A stretch of DNA of 50,836 nt from Chara braunii (GCA_003427395.1 BFEA01000028.1:318183-369018); one strand, 5' to 3'; positions 37,500-49,389 are shown, counted from the first letter of the stretch. Notes: a model not told the origin generated them from the letters alone. Numbers and translations are program-made.

Positions 37500-40400
37500 A
37501 TCCAGTTCCGTCATCAAGCCTCATTCAATTCCTTAATCTCATAAACCTCATAATCAAATTTTCTAACAATGCGATAGGGCCCCAACCATCAATTATTCAG
37601 TTTTCGATACCATCGTTTTTCCAAGGATGTGTCATAAAGAAGAACAATATCCCTAACTTTCAATGGTACCTTACAAATACGGGGTTGCTTGTCTCATCTT
37701 TCTTTATCTGTCTGTCAACTCTCTGAAGTAGAAGCAACGACCTCCTCAACCCTTTCCCCAGTCACCATCACATATTTTTCCCTTAATTCCAACAACTCTT
37801 TCGTTCAAAGCTTCGTTTTCACATCCTACTTTCATCAAGTGGTCGGGAAACTCTCAATTGGAAAAGTTGCATGTTGCCCAAACCACAATGTGACTGAAGC
37901 ATACCCAGGAGTCCGCTTAATAGTGACATTCTCATCAAAGGATGTTGTCCTAAAATATATTGGTCATCTTGACAGATTACCTGCACACCATTTGACCAGA
38001 AAATTTGTTAGAATGGCATGTCTACGCTCAACTGACGCATTTGTCGGGGGATGTGCCATTGTAGTATAGCTAAAGCTTACTCAAAGTTTCTTCCAAAGTG
38101 CTTGCACTTCCCCAGTCAGAAACTCACCACTTCGGTCCATAACAAATTATCTGATAAATGGGTACCGAAGATAATGCTCTTCAATACATTCTGCCAAAAC
38201 CTGCCTAGTACGCTCATGAATGACACAACCATCAACGAACCCTTGCATCGAATATATATCTATACCTATTAATCCCATGTGGCATAACCAATAGATCAAG
38301 GTGCACCACAACTCCCGACTCAGCTACATAGCGTGAATTAAGTGGTTCAACAAAACACATATTAGATCATCTTTGACAATGAAGATAAGATTTAGAAAAG
38401 CCAATTACTATCTTGCTCATCCCTTCCTGAAAATAAAGATGTTGAATATTTTTCAATGTGATACGTGCAATTTATGTTCGCCTGCCACCCCATCATGTAG
38501 GGCTGCAATCACATCAAGTTGTCGTACAACCCCACATACCACTCTCGTTGGACTTCTTAAAGAGATAACTATATCGTACGACGAAGTCCTTGCTCTTTTG
38601 GCAAACAGCTGGATCCACTTCATCCTCTCTCTACTCACCATTCAACCACATCTCCATCAATCTATACTCCCCGTCATATTCTCCTTCTCTGAAAGTTCCC
38701 TGATGACACTGCCTTCCCTTTCTTCATTCATCATCTTCAGGCGGTCCTCGTGAATCACGGAATGCACAAGAACAAACATCTTCCCAACGATCTTAAAAAT
38801 TTCATCAACTTGCTCATGCCCATGTTCAATCATTAATAGTTCTTTGATAAGTTCGACTTCATTAGATAAAGTCAAACTCATCATTTGTTCTGAGGTTCTC
38901 TTCCCCCATGGGTCCTCCTAAATGAATGACTCCCCCATCACTAGTTCTGATCGCACATTATAGAAACTAGGAGCATTCCAAATAATTTTTTCATTTCGGG
39001 TTGTTGCATCTGCCAAGTAATTATATGAATTGATACTCAATTGTAACTCTTCTCCTTCCAAGAATTCATCAACAGGGACGAAATCCTCTGCCTGATCTGT
39101 CGAGTCCCAATCAACACGACTCAATCCATCTACGCGATTCTGAGTGCCTGAAATGCGTTCAATTTCAAAATCAAACATAAAAATGTACATCAGTCATCGA
39201 GCAATGGTTGGATCTGAAGAAGAACAGTTCTTCAGCGACCGAGCTAGAGCCGTAAGATCAACTCGTAAAATAAATCGTCTGCCAAACACATAATTCCTAA
39301 AGATACAAAGACAGTGAAACATTGAGAGAGTTTTCTTTTTGAACTGAGAATAGTTTCACTCAGCAACATTCAGAGTTTTACTTTCAAATCTCAAGGGTCG
39401 TTCTCGTCCTTCCTCATCCTTTTGAATTAGGACCCCACTTAAAGTCGTGGGACATGCATCGGTCTCGATGATTAAAGGACGTCTTAGATCATCATCAAAA
39501 TAAGAAACTCTCAAAATCAAACCGCCCTCTCGAAACTCAACCTTGATATCCTCAACAGTTGCCTGATGCTTCGCTCCTCATTTCCAGATCTGATTTTTGC
39601 GTGCTAATTTCTGCAAGTGTTTCATTCTCGCTACAAACCCACATATAAAGATACGTAAAAATCCGTAAGTTTCAAGGAAGCTTCGAACGTCGATAATAGA
39701 TCTGATGGAGTAGGTCATTCCAAGATTTTATTAGTCTTCTTGACATTTGACCGACGACCTTTTTCATCGCAAAGAAATCTCAGTATTATCTTCTTCCTCA
39801 TACAATGTTTTAATTTAACCCTTCTAGTTGTGAGATTATACTCCTTTAATTTTCTCAGGATTTTTTTCACATTACTGATGTGTTCCTAAACGAACTTTCG
39901 AACGTCGGGTAACACTTCAGTCTCATCCTTGACGTGAGGTTCTGGGATGACCAATTCATCGATATATAGAGAGGTCACGTACAAACAAAGCGGTTGTATG
40001 ACCCTCATCATATACCTTTGCACAATCGCGACAACATTTGTCCAACCTTGTGGTGCCACGCACATATGAAGCAGTCCTCGAGGCGTATGCATCGCCGTCA
40101 TAGGTCGATCTGCCGTATACAGCGGAAATTGGTCATACCCAGAAAACAAATCAATTAGGGTGATGATGGGTTTGCCTGCACAAAATTCTGAGAGTTGATA
40201 TGCGTTCAGAAGTATGCCCGCATCATGAACCGTCACAGAATTATACTTCTACAGGTTCTGAACCCACCGCAAATCTTCATTCGGCTTAATGAAGCAGAAC
40301 CAATAAGATGCATACGGTCCGTACAAATAATCAGTCACCTTTGTCCGAATTCTTCCGTCAAGATAATCAACAACTTTTTTGTGATCCTCCGGATTCGGAT

Positions 40401-43400
40401 ATCGTGGACCCCTCACATTCCATGGTTGATGTGACACTGTATGAATACAGATCATTGGGATCATGTCGACGTCCAGCCTTCCACGCTCATCATCATCAAA
40501 GGCATAAACCAGATGAATCCCCTTCATAACATCGATAAAAAATTTAGTTTCCTCCTTGCTGAGGAGATCATCCTCCCCAATAATCCTCTCCTTGATCCTT
40601 TCTTCAGTCAGCCGATACGGTCCATTTTCACCCTTCTCTTTCATTGCACTGATCCACTTATATTCCTCTTTATAATACATTTTTTTTTCTTTAGTGATTA
40701 GGAGAGGCATCGACCGTGCCTTCTCGCCTACTTTCTTATACTTTCTCTACGACTCAACGCCGAGTCTCCGCCCTAAAAAAAAAACCTTTGCCTGGTCGAA
40801 GGCGGTGACTCCTCCACACGGGAGTCATTCGGTCGATAAGCGAGGTGCATAGTCCCCACACCTCCTTCCTCGGTCACAACCTTTGTGAGGGTTTGTACCA
40901 AGCTTGGATCGATCGCAGGGTATGTCGATACAAAATCAATTGCCTGCGAGATATCTGGAAATGTCAAGGAAAATTCTTAAGGATCATACTCCTCCTCAAA
41001 TGACTCATTTTCCTTCCTCATCTTTTTTTATTCTAAAAAGGTGTACGACTCGAGATTCAACCGGTTTCGCGAATTTTCCAGTCTGGTGTTTGCACACCTT
41101 ACCGCCTCGTAGTAGCTGCAAACCGGGTCGCACAAAGTCACAAACATAATACCATCGTATTTGTTGATTGTTATGTTTTCTGTTGGACACAAAAATGATT
41201 TTTCCAAAAGCACCTCGTGCTCCACCTTTGACAAAATATAAAAATATGCTCGCGCCTTGACCTTCCCAACTGTAACCATCACGCCACTAACCGTACTACA
41301 AAACTACGTCGCACCGCTGACCCCAACCAAAAATCCGAAGTCGTTAAAATTTATTTGCACTCCGGCTTCAATTGCACGTCTCTCCCTCATTATATTCATC
41401 CCGGCCCCATCATTCACAAGGGTAGAAAATTCTCCAAGGCCTATACGGACGTTCATATGTCCTGTGGCTACACATTGCCCGTCCATTTTCGTCCCAGGAG
41501 GAACCCAGTTAGCCTCTGGAGGAATAATTTCTCCAAGCTTAACTATCATGACCTTCTTTTATGTGATTCGTTGCTTGAATTCCTCGCGGAGTTTTGGCGA
41601 AACAGCCAGGATCTCCTTCAAAGTGATCAGATCACGCTGGCTTTCCAAGATCCGATTCACGAGTTGCTCAAAATCAATCCATTTTTCAATCGGGATTGTG
41701 TATATTCTTTTTTTTGCGAGGCTCTTCTTCTTCAACCTCTGCCCTCTCTTTCTCCAGGTTCCTTTCCATAGCCCGCAGCCTCGCCTGCTGCTCATCTTCT
41801 GCACGCAATCTTTCATCCTTCTCATTGTCTTCCTCCGCTATCGGAATGGGTTCCTCTTCCTGAGGTCCTTTTGAACTTTCCTCTGACGAAGGTTATGGTT
41901 GGGAATTTTTTCTTCCCTTTCGAGTCTGTACCATTATGGTCGGTGTTCCCCACTTAAGTAAAGACCGGGACATCACCATTGGTCGAACTAATGACATTGC
42001 CCCTGACACTGAAGTGGTAGCAGGTACTGACTCATCTTGTCCTTCAGTTCCCCATCCACCAAACAGGAACACATTTGGAAGGTTGGGTCAGACTTCCTCC
42101 ATGTCCAGGCACAACCGCACAATGGAATCCCGACACTTGCTCAATCTCTTAGTTACTTTCTGAGCTCGACAAATAATATTCTCCTTCTTCTTCTCCATTT
42201 CCTTCTCTTCAAATTCATTAACTTCCAAAGAAGCGATTGCTTCCTCCAACTCAAAAAGACTCGTCTTTTCTGCGAGGCCAAACAGAATGTGGTCGGAAGA
42301 GGACGACCCATCTGCTGAAAAACTTCTTTCCTCATCCCCCTTTCAATATTTTGGTCGATGAAATTTCCTTCAAAGTCGAAAACTTCACATCAGATGGTCG
42401 TGAAAACTATTTTCTCATTTTCGTCCTTGACCAAAATTTGAAAAAAACGGACAATGTGACCCTTCATATCACAATATTTGCAAACATAATCCTTCTGTTA
42501 GTTTCCACTTCCTCCTCCATTTCCTCGGCCTCTACCACGGCCTCGACCACCTTGTGGTTGACTTTGCTGACCCTGGCCTTGTTGGCATTGGTCCCCCTGT
42601 CGCTCACCGTTTCCATTCCCTCCACCCTTGCTACTTTTCTCGCGCTTTCGAGAAGTACTCGGCCCTCCTCGAATTTGATTAAAGGTTTTTCTCTCAGCCT
42701 TGGTTAATTTTCAAGGAGGCTCTCCTTCCTCCTTACTGTCACTTTCACTACTACTCTCCTAAATGACTGACTCTTTCTCTTTTCTCTTTCCTTTTTTCAC
42801 TTAGGCCACCATCACCTGGAGTTTTAACCGTTCCTCTCTCATGCTGGCCATCCTCTCTTTCATATCTGCCAATTTCTTATAAACCTCTTTATCCTTATCT
42901 TCTCCCAAGTGCACCCTCTCCTGATCCTCTTTCTGCTGCTTCAACAAACAGTAGAGTATCTGGTCAAAGTTTCCTGCCAACGAGTTTTCTCGAATCTTGG
43001 GTTAGTCGTACCGTCCTTGCATACCTTTGAACAACTTTCGTTGTTCCACCCCCGAGATGTTATCCAAAAAGATAAGGCAACGATCCTCATCTGGAAGGTC
43101 AGGAATCAGCCGCGCCACGTGCTCGAATTCCATCTGATTCAATAAATTTTTTATCGTACCGAAATTCCTTCGACTAACCTTTCGTAGATCGAGCCAAATC
43201 CAACAATTGGTCACCCAATTGGTATTTCTCTAACAATTTTCCCTTGAATTCCGGTCAATCCTGCGAGGTCCGCAACAACTCCTCCACTTCGTCCTTGTAC
43301 GTCACCTTGCAATACATTTTCACCATTCGCAACATCTTTTCATTTGACCACTCATAACAGTTTCCCAACTGTTCAAACTTATCTGCCCATCCCGATGCGT

Positions 43401-43771
43401 TATTGCCATCGAATAATGAAACTCCGACCTTTGGGAATTGTTCCTTCTGGGACTGTTGAATGATCCTCGCGAGTTCTCGAATATCATTCCTCCTCTCGTC
43501 CTGATTGTCGTTGTTATTCGGAACCCCAACCATCTTGAGTGATAAGATCACAACAATACATTTCCAAGAATCAGTTAGTTCCCTTGGAAAATTCAAATAA
43601 TACTTCTCATTACTTTTTTTTTCCCTCTTTTTATTTTTACCTTTGGGATCAAATTACTAACATTTTCTAAGGCCAAACAAAAATGAGAGTTACTTTTCAT
43701 TCCTTTAATCACCTAAGTGTCGTTCCGCTAGGGACAACGGTAGTTTGGCGTTATCCCCGGAAACGGCGCCA
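37500..43771 (-). mobile_element. Decayed Ty3/gypsy non-chromovirus (Athila/Tat-like) internal region: gag-protease-RT-RNase H-integrase
   Basis: gag-like (LFDGNNASGW, 43255-43596); protease (LVNDGAGMNIM ~41400); RT (YASYWFCFIKPNEDLRWVQNL, DLFSGYDQ, PQGWTN, YIDE); RNase H (ETDACP ~39460; RISGTQNRVDGLSR); integrase (LHDGVAGEH ~38490; GPYRIVR ~37580). No chromodomain seen. Confidence 0.9.
43753..43771 (-). promoter_or_regulatory. Primer-binding site complementary to the tRNA-Asp 3' end
   Basis: Minus strand TGGCGCCGTTTCCGGGGAT, one mismatch from the plant tRNA-Asp PBS TGGCGCCGTTGCCGGGGAT, 2 nt inside the LTR end. Confidence 0.85.
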
Positions 43772-43773
43772 CC

Positions 43774-43945
43774 TTTCGAGCGCATCGGCTCCCGCCTTTT
43801 TGCAAAGTGCGGGAGCTCTCCCGACCATGTCACGCAGGAGTAAAACATAAACAAAACAGAGTCTCGGGAACGACGCATAAATAATCCTACGAGCCGCCGA
43901 AACGGCCACGGTCGCGTTGTCCCTTTGTTACTCTGGCCGGGTGCA
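43774..43945 (-). repeat. 5' LTR (family A), U5 end, interrupted at ~43945
   Basis: Matches 34239-34411 and 19630-19787. The terminus reads CGAAA instead of CGACA. Confidence 0.85.
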
Positions 43946-45060
43946 ACAAGCTATTCGTGAAAAGTGGGCAAAAAAAAAGTTCAGTTTGCAAAATCCACAA
44001 CTTGAATGTTTTCCATAGAAAACTATTTTCGGTCAAACGCAATGTGACTCGTTGCTCATATGTCACCACAACTTTGAGGAAATTTCAGGAAAACCTATTT
44101 TTAAAAAAAACGAAAAAGCTTGTTGAAAAAAAAAAAAAAAAGTTTTTATATAAATTATGAGTATAGCCACTGTTGTGGTTATAAGAAGATGTATCACCGA
44201 TGGCACTGCGAAGACAACGAAACAGGAAAAGGGTCCCACGTGTAGGGGCCCCTGCATGCATAGGGAGGGGCGCATGCATAGAGCCCCCCCATATATATAG
44301 GGGGTCCACTGTATGCATATAGAGCAGCTTACATGGGGGCCCAGAAGGGGGGGCCTGCAAGGATCCCCGCATATGGGGGGGCCCCTCCATGCATATCTAG
44401 AGGGGGGGGCCGGTGCATGCATGGGGTATGCCCATATGAGGGGCCCCGACATGTATGGGGCCCTATGCACAGGGGAACCCCTTTAACCATTCCTCCAATT
44501 CATATATCTCGATATGGGCTGACCCGCTATGTGAGGCATATATGGGCCCTCGTGCATAGGGGTCCCTCATGCTTGCATGACCTTCAGACATGCATTTTTC
44601 TTGGGGGTTTTGCATGCATGGGGGGACCCAATGCCCCCCATATATGGGGGACCCTGTATACGCGGGGGCCCTTATGTAAGTTGCACACATGCATGCCAAC
44701 CCCCATGTATGGCGGCCCCCCAAGCACATGCATGCATTGGGGGGGGGGGCATATATGCCCCCAATTCATATATCTCAATAAGCAATGACAAACCAAAATT
44801 CGATACTTGTAAAATGCCATAAGTTTAATTTTGTTGTGATCCAGGGAAAAGTTTCATCCCAAATTGAACAACCATTGCAACCTTCCACTACCTTCAATCC
44901 CCTGCCTTTCGCTGCCGTCAATCCCCCACCTTCCCCCGACTTCTATCCCCCGCCTTCAATCTCCCGCCTTCAATCTCCCGCCTTCAATCTCCCGCCTTCA
45001 ATCCCCCAGCTCCCGCTACCTTCAATCCCCCACCTTTCCACGCCTTCCCCCCCCCCGCCT

Positions 45061-45145
45061 TCACCTTTCTCGCCCTTTTGGCTAAGATCAAATATAGTAT
45101 CTGTTCTGATCAGTATAATATCTGATCCGTGACTCATTGGGCCGC
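45061..45145 (+). pseudogene. U2: U2 snRNA 5' fragment, copy 1
   Basis: ACCTTTCTCGCCCTTTTGGCTAAGATCAAATATAGTATCTGTTCTGATCAGTATAATATCTGA resembles the plant U2 5' end. Ends in an A-tract before the Sm site. Confidence 0.9.
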
Positions 45146-45265
45146 TAAAAAAAATAAAAAAATAAATCCCGCCACCTTCCTTTTGCCGCCTTCCCGCACC
45201 TTGCCCCACGTTCACTCCCGCACCTTGCCCCGCCTTCCAGAGAAGGTTAACAACAGTCGTATTTT

Positions 45266-45860
45266 TCATCACCACTTCAGGACACCCTTCACCACTTCAG
45301 GATGCAGCCTGCCTAAACAGGTGGTTTTCAGGATCTTCGGACCTTTCACCACTTCAGGACCATTCAGGTCTGAAAATCCTGAATGGTCCTAAAGTGGTAA
45401 AAGCTCCGAAGACCCTGAAAACCACCTGTTTAGGTAGGCTGCATGCTCAAGTGGTGAAGGGTGGTTTTCATGGTCTTCGGACCTTTCACCACTTCAGGCG
45501 CATCCAGGATTTCAAACTGTCAAAAACTCTCACTTAACCACTTCAGGACGCCCTTCACCACTTCAGACCTGAATGGTCCTGAAGTGGTGAAAGCTCCGAA
45601 GACCCTGAAAACCACCTATTTAGGCAGGCTGCATCCTCAAGTGGTGAAGGGTGGTTTTCATGGTCTTCGGACCTTTCACCACTTCAGGACCATTCAGGAT
45701 TTTCAGATTGCCCAAAACTCTCATCTCACCACTTCAGGACACCCTTCACCACTTCAGGATGCAGCTTGCCTAAACATGTGGTTTTCACGGTCTTCGGACC
45801 TTTCACCACTTCAGGACCATTCAGGATTTTCGACTGCCCAAAACTCTCACTTCATAATTT
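45266..45860. repeat. Minisatellite block of TTCACCACTTCAGGA units in mixed orientation
   Basis: Many direct copies plus inverted copies (AAGTGGTGAA). Confidence 0.9.
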
Positions 45861-46069
45861 TCATTCCTGAATTTTCAGCTACCCGATAACCGCTTGTGCT
45901 GCCTTCCTCCACCTTGCACCGCCTTCCTTCCCCTGCATTCCCCTACCTTCCGCTGCCTTCAATCCCCTACCTTTCGCTGCCTTCAATCCCCCACCTTTCA
46001 CGACCTTCAATCCCCCACCTTTCGCTGCCTTCAATCCCCCACCTTTCCCTGCCTTCCCCCCCCCCGCCT

Positions 46070-46154
46070 TCACCTTTCTCAACCTTTTGGCTAAGATCAA
46101 GTGTAGTATCTGTTATGATCAGTTTAACATCTGATCCGTCGCCCATCGAGGCAC
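46070..46154 (+). pseudogene. U2: U2 snRNA 5' fragment, copy 2
   Basis: CCTTTTGGCTAAGATCAAGTGTAGTATCTGTT with intact branch-point recognition sequence GTAGTA, followed by (TAA)n. Confidence 0.92.
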
Positions 46155-46412
46155 TAAATAATAATAATAATAAAATCCGCCACCTTCCTTTCCCCGTCTT
46201 CCCGCACCTTGCCCTGCCTGCCCTCCCCTGCTATCCCGCTGCCTGCCTTCCTGCGCCCCAAGTCGCTGCACTTGTGTTCTCCCCACGTAATCGATCATTT
46301 TTCAAACTGGCCGATTACGTAATCGGTCAATTTCAAGAACGACCGATAAAGTAATCGACTGTTTTTGGAACTGGCCGATTACACAATCGGCCTTTCTTGA
46401 AACTGACCGATT

Positions 46413-47527
46413 GATGTAGCTTAATGGTTAGAGCACCGGTTGGAAATATGCATTGTGGTATGAGGTTGCAGCCTTGCGCATGGACACCAGCAGGGCGTTA
46501 GAATGACGCACGACTCGACACACATTCCCTTGGGCTGACACACGGTAAGGTTATAAAGACACTGCCTGCGCACCACCCAAGGGTTGTCCATGGTGTTGTA
46601 TGTCGGGTCTTGATAGTACTGCGTGGGTTGCTTGTGGCGGTTGCTCGTGATTTTTTGTTGATCTCCCCAGTTTGGCATATCACACACAGAGACCGTTTGC
46701 AATTGTTGCTCAAATGGTAGAGTCTTCAGGTCACAGCTTGGCCTGTCATCTCTTCAAGACGAACACATAGATCCCTCTACATAGCACTGCACATATCTGG
46801 CCATCGGGCACATACATCTTGCTGTACAGTTACACATAGCGCACATAGACTGCACATATTTGGCCTTCGGGCACATACATCTCGCTATACAGGTACACAG
46901 AGCACACATAACCTTTGGGCAGATACAAAACACATGGCCCTATGGGTTCATACAAACATATACAGAGCCTCTGGACATACACACATACACACAAATTACG
47001 ATACTGGGCTGGGGGGGTCTATCAGGTATATGACGAGGTCTACTCACGCATGGCTTAGCTCTGGGGTAGGTTTAGGGATATAAGTCGCTCCGGTTAGTCT
47101 GAGTTCCGCCTAGCCTTGGGTAAGCTAGGGGAAGGACGGTAGGATGTGTCCGCGGGCGCTGACCTACCTTGCTTAGGTAATCCTGGCAGGTAGACTCTCT
47201 GAATTGGGCCTGTAGAAGATTGCATGAGCCTGACGTTCAAAGTTCCCGTACGGCAAGGTTCGTCCCCTTCCACTTCCGTCAAGGCTGGGAGGTTGGCCCA
47301 ACCTTGGTGCTTGCCACTGCTGTTTGGTCCAAGTTGCCCTCGATACTGGTAAGGTGAGGGTCCGGAGTGTTGGTCACACTGAGGTAGGATAGTAGCGACA
47401 AGGGTTGTGTTGGGAGTATTAACGTAGGGATGGGTAGGGTAAGTGACCTATCCTGTCAGGACAACCATTGGTTGCCGCTACTATCAATCACCGAGGGTCT
47501 AGTCCTTGGTCTCTACAACACTCCGGG

Positions 47528-47581
<54 letters not shown>

Positions 47582-47593
47582 AACAACAACAAC
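46413..47593 (+). mobile_element. tRNA-headed SINE-like retroposon with poly(A)/(CAA)n tail
   Basis: A-box-like TAGCTTAATGGTTAGAGC, degenerate B-box GGTTGCAGCC, CACCA at ~46489, A-tract 47532-47579 plus (CAA)n, and flanking GACCGATT / GATCGATT. Confidence 0.65.
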
Positions 47594-47675
47594 GATCGAT
47601 TACGTAATCGGTCGTTTTTGAAACACTGATTAGTACGTAAGCGATCAGTTTAAAAAACGACAGATTATGTGGGGA

Positions 47676-48049
47676 GGTTCGTCCGCTTCCGCTTCCGTCA
47701 GGGCTGGGAGGTTGGCCCAACCTTGGTGTTTGTCACTGTTGTTTGGTCCAAGTTGCCCTCTATACTGGTAGGGTGAGGGTCCTGAGTGTTGGCCACACTG
47801 AGGCAGGATAGTAGGGACAAGGGGTGCGTTGGAGTATTAACGTGGGGATGGGTAGGGTAGGTGGCCTATCCTGTCAGGACAACCATTAGTTGTCGCTACT
47901 AGCAATCACCGAGGGTCTGGACCTTGGCCTCTACAACACTCTGGGTTAAACAACAACAACAACAACAACGACCGATTACGTAATCAGCCGTTCTTGAAAC
48001 TGACTAATTACGTAATCGGTCAGTTTCAAAAACGACCGATTATGTGGGG
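47676..48049 (+). repeat. Tandem duplicate of the SINE-like 3' end plus flank (~47256-47674)
   Basis: Colinear from AGGTTCGTCC through CTCTACAACACT, (CAA)n and GATTATGTGGGGA. Confidence 0.88.
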
Positions 48050-48195
48050 ATAACATAGGTGCGACAAGTCAGGGCGCAGGAAGGCAGGCCGCGGGATAGC
48101 AGGGAAGGGCAAGAGGGAAAAGGCGGGGGAATACGCGGGAGGGAAGGCAGGGCAAGGAAGGTGGCATATTTTTTAATTATTAATTTTTTTTTTTA

Positions 48196-48280
48196 GTGCC
48201 CCGATGAGCGTTGGATAAGATATTAAACTGATTAGAACACATACTACATTTGATCTTAGCCAAAAGGCCGAGAAAGGTGA
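48196..48280 (-). pseudogene. U2: U2 snRNA 5' fragment, copy 3
   Basis: Reverse complement reads ACCTTTCTCGGCCTTTTGGCTAAGATCAAATGTAGTATGTGTTCTAATCAGTTTAATATCT. Confidence 0.92.
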
Positions 48281-48513
48281 AGGCGTGGGGGGGAAAGGCG
48301 GGGAAAGGTGAGGGATTGAAGACAGCGGAAGGTGGAGAAATGTAGGGAAAGGAAGGCGGTGCACGGCGGAGGAAGGCGGTGCACGGCGGAGGAAGGCGGG
48401 GCAAGGTGTGGGAGGGAACGCGGGGCAAGGTGCGGGAGGGAGCGCGGGGCAAGGTGCAGGAAGGCGGCGAAAGGAAGGTGGCGGGATTTTAAGTTTGTAA
48501 TTTTTTAATTTTA

Positions 48514-48598
48514 GCGGCCCGATGGGCCACGGATCAGGTATTATACTGATCAGAGCAGATGCTACACTTGATCTTAGCCAAAAGGCCGAGAAAGGTGA
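48514..48598 (-). pseudogene. U2: U2 snRNA 5' fragment, copy 4
   Basis: Reverse complement reads ACCTTTCTCGGCCTTTTGGCTAAGATCAAGTGTAGCATCTGCTCTGATCAGTATAATACCTGATCCGTGGCCCATCGGGCCGC. Confidence 0.92.
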
Positions 48599-49389
48599 AG
48601 GCNNNNNNNNNNNNNNNNNNNNNNNNNNNNNNNNNNNNNNNNNNNNNNNNNNNNNNNNNNNNNNNNNNNNNNNNNNNNNNNNNNNNNNNNNNNNNNNNNN
48701 NNNNNNNNNNNNNNNNNNNNNNNNNNNNNNNNNNNNNNNNNNNNNNNNNNNNNNNNNNNNNNNNNNNNNNNNNNNNNNNNNNNNNNNNNNNNNNNNNNNN
48801 NNNNNNNNNNNNNNNNNNNNNNNNNNNNNNNNNNNNNNNNNNNNNNNNNNNNNNNNNNNNNNNNNNNNNNNNNNNNNNNNNNNNNNNNNNNNNNNNNNNN
48901 NNNNNNNNNNNNNNNNNNNNNNNNNNNNNNNNNNNNNNNNNNNNNNNNNNNNNNNNNNNNNNNNNNNNNNNNNNNNNNNNNNNNNNNNNNNNNNNNNNNN
49001 NNNNNNNNNNNNNNNNNNNNNNNNNNNNNNNNNNNNNNNNNNNNNNNNNNNNNNNNNNNNNNNNNNNNNNNNNNNNNNNNNNNNNNNNNNNNNNNNNNNN
49101 NNNNNNNNNNNNNNNNNNNNNNNNNAAGGTGGGGGATTGAAGGCGATAGTTGTAAAATGCCATAAGCTTTATTTTGTTTGTGTACTTGTGCAACAACTCC
49201 CCGAAAATTTTTTCTTCTATCAAACAAACCGTTAGCCTTAAGGTATTCCCCAAATTAGTTTCCCTAAATTAGTTTTCTTGTTTATCTTCTTGACTCTATT
49301 TTGTTATGATTTCCAAAATACTAGTTTTATAAAAAAACTTGGTGGTTGCAAACGGAAAACGAGTTCCAGAAATTAAAAAAATATAGTTT

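Larger units (their letters stand above)
44880..49146. mobile_element. Large fold-back (long inverted repeat) structure containing U2 snRNA fragments
   Basis: 47970-48602 is the reverse complement of 45895-46410 plus 45057-45240. The CCTTCAATCCCCCACCTT motif of the left arm reappears inverted at 49126-49143, after the gap. Confidence 0.75.

Noticed and set aside
44063-46354. Pro/Gly-rich ORFs in the palindrome region
   Set aside because: Translations of low-complexity repeats on both strands with no domain signal.
46413-46489. Functional tRNA gene
   Set aside because: B-box/T-loop is degenerate, the acceptor stem is incomplete and there is no clean anticodon arm. Better explained as a SINE head.
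45061-48598. Functional U2 snRNA genes
   Set aside because: All four copies end before the Sm site and 3' stems, carry substitutions, and are preceded by simple repeats rather than a recognisable USE/TATA promoter.
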